A DNA stretch of 63,849 nucleotides, filler included, from Hausera hauseri (Eukaryota), in assembly GCA_046269625.1 (NCBI GenBank). It is 12 parts of 12 records of this genome, joined end to end, with 100 filler letters (N's around TTAATTAATTAA, not from the genome) between each part and the next. Parts side by side here need not be neighbours in the genome. Positions count along the whole stretch, not along the records: positions 21,806 to 26,968 come from JBJURY010318161.1; positions 27,069 to 31,575 come from JBJURY010549341.1; positions 31,676 to 35,751 come from JBJURY010777649.1; 9 more parts are not named here. One strand, written 5' to 3'. Of the stretch, positions 25,600-35,851 are shown in pieces (position 1 is the first letter of the stretch; every line of letters starts with the position of its first letter). Below the pieces are notes generated by a model that saw only the letters and a program-made list of their open reading frames with translations, was not told the origin of the DNA and searched no databases. The position numbers and the translations under genes were made by a program.

Positions 25600-26295
25600 T
25601 GAAACAAAATTATTTCAATAGTCACGAAATACACATGTACATTGATATACGACTTGAATCTACCATCCCTAAAGAATATTTTGAAACATTATTTTTATCC
25701 CCTAATGGAACATATTTGGTCGTGAAGGCCATTAAGAAAGGCCAGACAACGCTAAAATCTCAATTTCCCTACATTTTGTTGCAGCATGGAGAGCAATTTA
25801 AATTGGAAACCCCCGTTGAAGGGACATAGGATGTGATTTTATATTCACTAATAACGGTTATTCCATTGTCTCTTGTTTTTCCACGGTATTTCGACATGGC
25901 ATCCATCCGTGAATTATCATCGACCGCAATTGGATGCAATTGTAAATATAAATGGATGGTTCATGATCAAGACATAAATCAAATGTACGCCGATCGTATT
26001 TAGACTGCTCAGCTATTGTACATTCCGTCGGCTCGGTGCGGCCAATCAAACTGGGATTGTCGTATGTCATTGCAGCAGGTCAACGCAATATGAAAAATCG
26101 CGGCGATCCCTCTGTGAGCGTTGAGTCAACACGACCTACTCAATTCATTATCAACAAAGTTGAAGTTGAGGTAAATAACCAAATTCCGTTAGCCCTAATG
26201 ACTATAAGCCACGGGAATAACCCGATAACTCTTTGTTGCGGGTTACCGTTTGAAAGTGTCACCAATGACCACACTAACATTCACATCCTAGAAAT
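25600..26295 (+). pseudogene. NUP210: Intronless fragment of nuclear pore membrane glycoprotein gp210
   Basis: DIRLESTIPKEYFETLFLSPNGTYLVVKAIKKGQTTL (cf. [37 protein letters not shown]) and LGLSYVIAAGQRN..GDPSVSV..VEVEVNNQI. Stops and frameshifts present. Confidence 0.75.
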
Positions 26296-27568
26296 TACAC
26301 TGAAAATAGCTACAATTAATACTATAGGTGCGACGGAGCTCGACACGGGGAACTCGGTCACCCCGAAATTTGGGATTCGCCGCGGAGAGGCTGAAGTCCC
26401 GGCCGCCCACCCTATGCCATTGGGTCGGACGTCACCGTTCGCTGACGCCCCACGACACACCTCTGGCTATACGCCCACATCGTTTTCTCTTCTTTTTTTA
26501 AACAACAAACATTTACACAAATGCATCAACCCACGAAAACACCACAGACACTCCGAACCTAGCCTTACATTACAACATTTATAACACAACCAGATGGCGG
26601 CACATTAGGAAAACCGTATCTATGTTTATTCTCCTTGCATTCAAAGGAACTCACCCCGTTGGTAGTAGGGTATTTAGTTGCAACTTTTTAAGGAATACAC
26701 AGACTGTTATGCTGATTATTAATATGGAAAAAAAATTGCAATGGTGCCAGTAATGGAGCAGCAAAAATAAATAAGCAAATTATTATTTATTTTAATTTGT
26801 TTAAATAATGGATAAATAAAAACTTTAAAAACTCTGGACTTATTTCAATTATGATGGAAAGCAAAGCAGATGAACTCAAGGATTTCGATCATCCGACTTT
26901 GCCGAGCAAAGTCTTCTTTACTGGCGACCACGCCAGGACAATGGGACAAGGTCATTCAAGTTCTCCGGNNNNNNNNNNNNNNNNNNNNNNNNNNNNNNNN
27001 NNNNNNNNNNNNTTAATTAATTAANNNNNNNNNNNNNNNNNNNNNNNNNNNNNNNNNNNNNNNNNNNNTGTAAACTTAACAAGTTTCCAAATATAAGCGG
27101 ATGCAAATCCACAAAAAATTTAAAACAATCAAAGCTTTCTACATCAGAAACTGAACAACTCAGAACAGAAAAACACAGATTCATACTGTAGATGCTAATG
27201 AAAATTTCTGTATAGTATGCTGGAAATACTTCACCCTCGGATAACTGTGATATTGATTGTGATTAACAGCTTGACACACACAGTTAAATGGCTGAAACTA
27301 AGTCCACAACAACATGTTTTTGTTGGTACAAGAGTTCACTGAGCCCATAAGAGCTGGATTCAATAAATGCCAAACTAATACATTTTACCATTTTATAAAA
27401 TAGAATCTAACACTGATCCTTCATTTGCATACACTTGTCCATGTCATGCTGAGAGTCGAGGAACCTAACTATTTTATTATAATTCCTTGGCAAGTACCCC
27501 AGCCTTCCATCTGAGATTTTGACATCAAAATTATAAACCTAAACTTTGAAACAAGTCCCAGCACAGAC

Positions 27569-29611
27569 TCATTTAAAGGTGCCAAACACCTGCCTCCTTC
27601 TGTCACTCATTGACACAAACTGCTGACATATTTGATCAATGTCTAAATTGTCTAATTTTGTCTGGTGGACATGGACACGGCAACATTATTAAACCTTTCT
27701 TGAGTCATTGTTGATCTGAGCCATGTCTTTAGCCTTGTAAGTGTTGCTGAAATGTTTTATGCATTAAAAAAGGAATTCATATTTGTTCTTCAGTAGTTAG
27801 AATATTTTGTTTTTAATTTGTTTAGCTCATACTCTGAAAATGTGATATTTTGTACAAGATGCATTTATTCTGTCGTGAAGGATTATTTTTGGTAGTATCG
27901 TTATCGCGAGATTTGTGTGAACGGAAGGGAGTGGCGAGATTTGCTGTGCTCAACACACACACACTTTTACCTGAAGCTACATGCAGTTACCTGAAGACAC
28001 GAGAGGCGCACAGCAGCCTTGATAGTTCACTAACTGTAAAGGTATTTATAACTGTTGTAAACATCGTACATCTGTCAGTTGTGTTGTTCTAATATTTTAT
28101 ATGTTTATTTAGAATGCATTAGACGAGAAACGCTCGCTTAGGACTTCTTTAATGATGAGCGGCCACGAGGTATTTCCTTTGTTAAAGCATGTTTTACTCA
28201 TCGCTCAGTACTGTACCTGAAGCTTTGTGTTTTATTTCTGTACGTTCTGTCTTATTTCTGTAGTTTTCACGGCATTCATTAAAGCGCCCGTTTGAATAAA
28301 GAAGCCGTGCCCGTGTGTCGTCATTAAGAAGCTACAAGCCTCCTGAGAGCACTAAAACTCCTCTCTGCCTCAGCTGAAGACACTGGATTCACCAAAAGCA
28401 ATCTAACAAGCGTTTCCACTTGATCAAACAACCCTCTGACTTCTGTAGTCATCTCTCTGAGTAATGTGACCACTTCATCACTGGACTTGCAAGCATACTT
28501 AGCATGGAACATGTTCAACTGAACCTTCAGACTGTGGCTACTTAATTCTGGATACTGGTCCACAGTTTCATCCACATCTCCAGAAAGTAAAACAGCCTCC
28601 AGTTTCTCCAACACATTTAAATCAGCTTGAGTGAACCTCTCCTGAAATTGCATATCAACAGTATCAAGCATGTGATAGAACTCAGCTCTGTAGTGCTCCT
28701 CAGCAGTCTTGGGACAGTGTTGGCTTGCATCACCACTATAACGCTTTGGTGGTCTTCTTTGGTGAGGCATCTTGATTTCTTCTAAGCCAAGAGCATCTAT
28801 CATTTGTGTAGCCTCATCAAAAATGTCATGAAACTTCACATCATTTCTTTTTTCAGCAAGGCTGGATCTCACACACCCAATACCTTCTCTCATCCCAGAA
28901 ATAGTCTCAGTGCGTTTTTGAATTGACCTGTTAAGACATTCCATGTCGTCAACAACCAAAAGTGCCAAACGAAGTCCCAGAACAGTGTTGCCTTTTTGAA
29001 ATCTCTCTAAGAGACCATTTGCCTTAACATTGCTTGATGCCATATGTTCTAAGCTTTCGAGGACAGATTCATATTGGCTTAGAACAGCAGTAATGGCTTT
29101 ACAACGGACCGTCCACCGGGTAGGACATAGTGGTCTAAGAGAGATACTTGACCCTTCTGCACTTAATGCAGTGGCAGCAAACAACAACTTCAATTTTCCT
29201 GACTGCTTGCTTAGAGTACCTAACTCATGAAGCCATAGCATTCTTCCAGTTTGTAAACCCCTTAATTGAAAATGCTGCATCTGCTTTTTTAGACAAAGTA
29301 CTTTTTTCAATTGTGTATGTTTTAACACAATAAAAGCAAAGAATGCCCTTAGCTTTATCATTGTAGTGAAGCCATGGATGCTGATTATACCACCTGTCCT
29401 GAAAATGCAACGTTCTATTTGAAAGTTTTTGAGTCCCAATGACTTTGGAATTTGGCTGATTTGGTTTCATGAATGTATCAAAAAAATCATCTCCATCTTT
29501 TGCTTCAAGACTGCAGACTCTCCCTTCCTCCTGGCTTTCATCCACAGATTCTTCGATGTTCTCTACTGATGAATGAATTTCCTTGAGAACAGAATTTTTA
29601 TTAATTTCCAC
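27569..29611 (-). mobile_element. ZMYM1-like hAT transposase (teleost-like), internally deleted and split by a solo LTR
   Basis: TTF zinc finger FQDRWYNQHPWLHY..LCFYC..GFTNWKNA; LRPLCPTRWTVR; dimerisation domain PVSSAEAERSFSALRRL, resuming after the LTR as KTWLRSTMTQER..HVH..FGTFK* (27569-27735). Confidence 0.9.
27736..28336 (+). mobile_element. Solo LTR, 601 bp, with a 5-bp target-site duplication
   Basis: TGTA...TACA termini, AATAAA near 28295, and AGCCT at both 27731-27735 and 28337-28341. Confidence 0.9.
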
Positions 29612-30129
29612 TATTTTCTGACAAAATGCCAGCTGGTTTTAGTTTAATGTATTTCACCTGTGAGCCTCACTTTGCATCTGTCCCTGAATTGGCTGGCATA
29701 AGCATTCCTGTGCCCTGTGAAAATATGCATGCCAAACAAGTTATGAAGCATCTTAAATATTCACAATAACCACAGTACAATGTTCATCACGTTTGTTACT
29801 AGAAATGTTTAATTACATAAAATGTTTTACTTCAAAATGGATCTGTTTCATTACATGTTTATTTCTTACCTGAAATTCAAATGTTTACTACAAATGTGAT
29901 CAATTTCATCATGTTTACATGTTAGTGATGAATCAAATGTTTCATGAATGTTTACCACATGAATTTTTATTAAATGAGAAAAAAAACAAGCACTTATCTT
30001 ATTATTCAACTGTAAAATATTTCAAAACAATGAGTGCAGCAGATATAATTTTTTCTCCAGTCTACATTTTACATATATCAGTAGCAGCATGTGCAGGTTT
30101 CATTAGCATTAGATTTACAACCACACTAG

Positions 30130-31495
30130 AACACATGTTCACTAAACTGCACCATCACACAATCTGAAGAAGTGTCACCTCTTCACCCTCACATGTAAGC
30201 ACCAGTATAAACTGGTGTAGTTCTGTGTAACATTTTGTATTTGTTTCTCATGCAGCCAGTCACTCTTTCCACAGGAAGTCTAAGGTGTGCTCGTGTGTTT
30301 TCAACATCCTTAGCATCCAGATGACATCTCACTTTAGTAAATGATGGGATTTTAACTTCAGCACATCATTCATTTATTGGCTGTATTGTTGGCTGTAACT
30401 GGGACCCTGTGTACACAGTTTAATTCCACCTCATGTACAACATCAACATGCGATGCAAATGACAATAAAGAACCTTGACCTTGACTCCCACACTGTCTTT
30501 AATATCAAAGCCTCTGTCAGCTAACACAACGTCCCCGGGTAATAATTTGAGAGAAGGCCACAGCTTCTGTTATGAGCTTGATGCACGTCCATCCCTTGAA
30601 GAAAAAAGAAAGACACAGGTATTAGACAGAGTTTTATGTGACACATTAAAAAGATGGCAAATATGCTGAACAGGACACATTAATGTTAGTAGAACCTTTG
30701 AAATTGTGAGTTTTTTTATGCTGGCAGAAAAGGCCTAACAGTGTTAAACAATGATGACAAAGCAAGGAAGTCCTGTATAATATTTAATACTTTAAAAATT
30801 ATTTGTCCAGCTGGTTTTTATTCAGCTCTGACCTGCTGTCTTGTAACAGATGATTTATTTCTGCTCTTCTTTGTTCACACAACTGACATTGTATTTGTAG
30901 CTTTTGCTGCTGGTTCATGTTTCTCCTCATCATCATCATCTGCAGCTTCACTGAGCTCCTCTCCTGGAGTTTCATCCATTTCATATGAAGGTTCACCTTG
31001 AAGAGGACATATCACAACACAGATCAATATTACTACAGTAAAAGTGACAACACTAGAAACTTTAAACAGTTTATTTCACAATAACACAGATGTCCACTCT
31101 GTCTAAACTCAGACTACGTTACATACAAAATATAAACCCGACCTAAACTAGGTTGACCCACTTCTATGAACTAAACATGAACTAAACATGATACACCCGG
31201 ACAAAATCATGGCAAAATTTATGTCATAACACCAACAAGACAAATTTAGACACTCACCAGAATGTCTGGAACAAAGTAGCAGGTATCTTGGGACATGGAG
31301 AAAGTTGTATCAGGACGTGTCACCGCTGATATCCAGGCCATTCATCTCCTTTTTGTTACGTTGGACACATGAGCTCCTTCACGTTGTTTCCAGGCAGGAA
31401 ACAGTCAACAGAAAGTCCGTTTTCTATCTTTTGATGATTCCGCTGTGTGACCGGACATTACATCCAATAACACAGCAAGTTCAGACCATTGCTAA
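30130..31495 (-). mobile_element. Decayed THAP + DDE_Tnp_4 (ISL2EU/Harbinger-related) DNA transposon, teleost-like
   Basis: THAP TCCVIGC..FPAWK..KRR*MAWISAV..LCSRH (31255-31490); DDE LLPGDVVLADRGFDIKDSVG..CAEVKIPSFTK..VERVTGCMRNKYKML (30200-30560). Confidence 0.85.
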
Positions 31496-31675
31496 ACTGT
31501 TTTAACTTACTTAGATACTAAAAAATAAATAAAAAAATTTTGAGAAAAAGATCATTTTAGTGGAGAGTAAAAATTNNNNNNNNNNNNNNNNNNNNNNNNN
31601 NNNNNNNNNNNNNNNNNNNTTAATTAATTAANNNNNNNNNNNNNNNNNNNNNNNNNNNNNNNNNNNNNNNNNNNN

Positions 31676-32990
31676 CTGTTTCGTCGACAAATCCATTTTT
31701 TCGATCATCTCATTTATTTCTTCCATGAGTTTTATTTCTTGATTTCTGCTCATAAAATTTAATATGGGCAATTAAACCCGAAGATCTGCCTCTGTCTTCA
31801 TAACATCTATATAACGGAATATTTCTCTCAACTGTTATTTGGATATTGGTTCGCATATCGAAAATTTCCTCAAACGCCACCTTGTTAGGTCTGCTAATCT
31901 GCCTAGCAATTCAATCCACTCTTTGAGTTTATTGTCTATCACTGGTTTGGCTTATATTACATTTTGTAAACTTTCTTAGGCATCGTTTTGCTTGTCGCAT
32001 GGACCTTTGATATAGTCCATTTTCTCTTTAACGTAATTAACTTTATTGTTAAACTCATCTAGTTCTACAATTCACGTTTTCGTTATGTTTTGCTTTTCCT
32101 CATGTTCTATTTTCTATATTCTTTTTAACATTTATAAATTTCAGAGCGTCTTTTATCCTGCGAGTCGATGCGAATTTCTATATATGCATATTCCTTAGTC
32201 GTACTAAACGCGATTTTACGCCTTTCAATTAAGAGAGGAAGGTCTACTGGGTCTATTCCCAGTATTTTGAATCCGTTTTCATGCAGTTTATTCAGTGGTT
32301 TATTTTTAAAATTATAGATCATTGCGCTCTCTATCTCTTTCATTAACCTTTCCAATTTGCGTTTTACTCGCTTTTGTTCCGTTTTTGCTTCTACTGTCTT
32401 TAGTAATTCTTGGGCAGTTGCCACTTTACTTTCGATTTTCGTATTCTCATTATTCCATATTTTGGTGAAATCGATTCCACTTTTTATTCATACATTCAAT
32501 TTTGTCCTCAATTCCTTAATTAACTCATCGGTAGCTTCGTCGGGTTTGCTTGGTTCTTTTCCTTCTCTAATATCTTTTTCAATGTACTTTTTTAATTCTT
32601 TATACATTTTCTTGGCAAACTGTTGTTCCTCACCGGAAATATCCATTTGTATTTTTATGCATTCAAGTTCCTCTAAATTGTGACGTATTGTCTCACGGTC
32701 AATTGGTACCGCTCCGATCTCTTAATTTCTCAGCATTTTTCCATAATTTCCTGACTTTCCATATTTTCCATAGAGTATGTCAATTCGTTCCAAGCGATTA
32801 CCTTCGTCTTCACTTATGGTTGGCGCGAATATATTCGATTTTACTACAATTGTGCTTGGAATATCTGGTACTTCCCCGAGCTCCACATCCGGAGTGTTTA
32901 AATTCGAATTGCTCCGCTTGTCTAAATCCCATGGATTTGGCTTTTTTGGATTTTTCCTTTTCATTGGCGATCTTCATCGATCCTTTTATT
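31676..32990 (-). pseudogene. Second, divergent copy of the accessory ORF of the env-bearing element (N-terminal half)
   Basis: IRHNLEELECIKIQMDISGEEQQFAKKMYK..IKSGIDF..KVATAQELL..KRVKRKLERLMKEIESAMI..ILGIDPVDLPLL aligns with LRHNLEKLKQISKQTDI..QQFAEKLYK..IKSGVEF..KVTKAQTLL..KRVVRNLERIMDEIRCAMI..ILGADLIDIPPL at 14740-15400. Confidence 0.8.
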
Positions 32991-33268
32991 TCATTTTAAT
33001 TAAAATACTTCGGCCTTTCTTCTTTGTTATATATATATTCACGCTATATATTTACGCTCAAGTTCTTCAGTAACGTCAGGCCTTAACTTCGCACCAGAAC
33101 ACCGTGGCGACAAAACAGTAAAATAAATTGAACGCGAACAAAAGACAAAAGAACAAACTGGGTACAAGTCATAACGTTTTTGATATAACAATTGCCGTCC
33201 GCTGAGGCATGCGAGTCCTCGGTATAGGATCGGGATGGTCCGAGTCTGCGAAGTCGGCGAGGAGGGAT

Positions 33269-34093
33269 TCACAGGTTGTCCGAAATGTAGCTAGACGCCC
33301 TTGTCTTCCGTGTGTCGGTGGTTCGGTTGCCTGGAATCAACTGGCTCTCTGATGGAATCAGCGATTTGAAAAGCCGATCTGCAGCCGCCATCAGTTTTAC
33401 GAAGACTGGTAGGAAAACCGACGAATCAAAGAATCTCTGATTCTCCCCGTCGGTGTAGAATTGGTCGATGGTAACGACCTGTAAGGAGTATAGGTCGTCT
33501 CGCCTTAAACTGGCAAGGTGCGGTACGAAATGGCTGCGCTGCAATAGCTCCCTTACCATTCGAAAATCCGAGTAGGATCGGCAAGGAGTTTGTTTGACGT
33601 TGGTACGGCGTCTTCTTCCGTGTAGAGCGGTTTTTCGCCGGGTTGGAAGTTGTAAATCATTTATTCGCGCTTGTTCCGCTAAGGCGACACGGCTGTCGGT
33701 GTTAGCTTATGTTCCAGCGTGTGCTGGTCGAAGCACCTTTGGAATACGGTACCCCGGAATCATCCCGTTGCACTTTCCGGTACAAGGACCATTTTGTCGG
33801 GAGTTGTCGGTAATACTGCTCATCCCGACCGGACTCGCGAGTCTTTTGGCGCAGGTGGGTTCATGTGCTTTCGGGCTTTTATACTCCGAAGTCAAGTCAA
33901 CTGTCCCATGAAGATCGACGGGAACGTAGGGTTGAGCGGGTTTCGCTGTCCGTCTAGTTACTGGGGTACGCATAGGCAAGGTCTCCTTTTCACTTCTCCA
34001 CACTATCTCTTCACCGGGTCTTACTGCATATATTTTCGTTCCATCGCTGCTTCTAGCTGTCATCTGACTCATGGTTTTTGTAGTTCCTGACAC
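33269..34093 (-). other. GC-richer segment with a near-continuous unidentified ORF (one stop)
   Basis: ORFs 33707-34093 and 33269-33559 are in one frame. Composition differs from the flanks and no motif was recognised. Confidence 0.3.
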
Positions 34094-34199
34094 CTGTTCG
34101 CTTGTATTTTTTGTTTTTTGAATATATCAATTCAGCATTGTAACTGTGGATTTGAACAAATGGATTTAAATCCATAGATTTTGCTTGGTAATTTTTATT

Positions 34200-35300
34200 T
34201 GCTACAAGTGCTGGTGACTTCAGCACTTGTAATCCCCATTTTTGCTTTGATTTTTATATTATTTTGTATGGGCGAATTCGTGATATTTTGATTAAATTGC
34301 ATTGAATTTTAATTTATTTTAATCTATACTTTCAATTAAGTTTCTGTGATTTATTAATTTTTTTACTGGAGCTGTGCCTGCAGTTTATTCATTTTGTATT
34401 TATTTCTTTTTTAAGGCTTAAACCTTACAGTTAGGTTTTCGGGTTCGGCGTCCAGGTCTACACCAGGCTTTGTTGTTCGTACTTCTACCTTGACTACATG
34501 TTTTGCCCCTCTAAGGTTAACCGGCACGTTCTTCTTGAGAATCATGTTAATGCACTCTGGTTCTATTGAGTATTCATATTACGTTCGAGGTTCTGCCAAT
34601 CCATGGTATACCTCTCATATTCCTTCCGAGCCTTTAATATTTGTGGGTTGTTAGTTTCATTTGACATTTCAATTATCTTGGTGAATCTCGTATATCCAAA
34701 ATCGCGTCCATGTCGCCTCGGGGACTATATTTTGCATCTAAATCTTCTTGCGTTTTAATAATGTTTGTCTTGGTAGGTTTGGTAAATAAGACGCTTCGCG
34801 GATTTGGGCATGAACTTGCTATGTGGCTTTCCGTGCCGCACGTATAACATATTAGATTTCCATTCCTACCAACTCTTTGTCGACAGTCTTCATTAACGAG
34901 CGATTTTGATCAACTACAATTTCTAGTATAGTTTTTGTTCGACGGCTCTGGTTGATTACTTCCATTAAATTTGTTTGAATTACTTCTAGGATCATTGTAA
35001 CGGTTTACATTCTTGAATCTAATTCCGCTATTATTACTTTTGTAACTATCCTTGTTGTAATTGGAGCTATAGTTTGGCTTCATGTTCGCGTTATTTGGGT
35101 TCCGATTATTGTTGAAATCCTTGTTCTCGTAGCGTGGGTTCCTATTCTTTCTATTGTCTCAATTTCAACTTTGTCCATTATCGTGGAATCGTCCATTATT
35201 TCTATTTCTATCGCTACCTTCGTTCCGTTCATTATTCCTATCATAACGCTCATTTTGTCTGGCGTATCTATTTAATGCATTTCTAAATTCTATAAACTTC
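34200..35300 (-). pseudogene. gag: gag (Asn/Arg-rich region, CCHC knuckle, conserved tail) of the second copy, possibly followed by a protease remnant
   Basis: CYTCGTESHIASSC at ~34808-34850; tail shared with 15900-16160; weak IKIKAKMG(D)TSAEV at ~34213-34258, which needs a 1-nt correction. Confidence 0.75.
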
Positions 35301-35509
35301 AATATATTAATAGTGAAAAGAAAATTAATTAGAGATAAGTCATTTTGTAAACTGGAATCAAAGGTATTCGGATTTAGTCTAAAATTAATAAGTCTGAGTG
35401 TATGTTTTAACGTGGTAAGCAATTTGATGGGTAAAGTTATTAAGTTTAAGGGTGGTGTGTGTGGTGTTAAAGGAATTTTATCATGTAAAGATTATATAAA
35501 TTTTCCAAC

Positions 35510-35751
35510 CCGTTTCTAGAATCAACACGACCCCAACTAGACCACCAAATAGTAGATTAAAGTGTTGGACATGGCAGAAGGAAGTACATTGAAGCAGAAT
35601 TTGCACCACACAGGAACTGATTAAACCCGTGTTTTGGATGAGGAAAAGAAGGACACATAAGCAGGCAGTGTCCCGAAAGAAAACCAATAAGATGCTACGA
35701 ATGTGGTCAGCTAGGACACATCAAACGAAATTGTACAAACCTTAGCTGTGC
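35510..35751 (+). pseudogene. Unrelated gag-like fragment with three tandem CCHC zinc knuckles
   Basis: CWTWQKEVH*SRIC, CFG*GKEGHISRQC, CYECGQLGHIKRNC. Confidence 0.75.
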
Positions 35752-35851
35752 NNNNNNNNNNNNNNNNNNNNNNNNNNNNNNNNNNNNNNNNNNNNTTAAT
35801 TAATTAANNNNNNNNNNNNNNNNNNNNNNNNNNNNNNNNNNNNNNNNNNNN

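Noticed and set aside
26036-26584. 182-aa ORF as a real protein
   Set aside because: Chance read-through from the NUP210 fragment into an unrelated GC-rich insertion.
28324-29439. 371-aa ORF as an intact transposase
   Set aside because: Its N-terminus is an off-frame read of the TTF region across a deletion, and its C-terminus is cut by the solo LTR.
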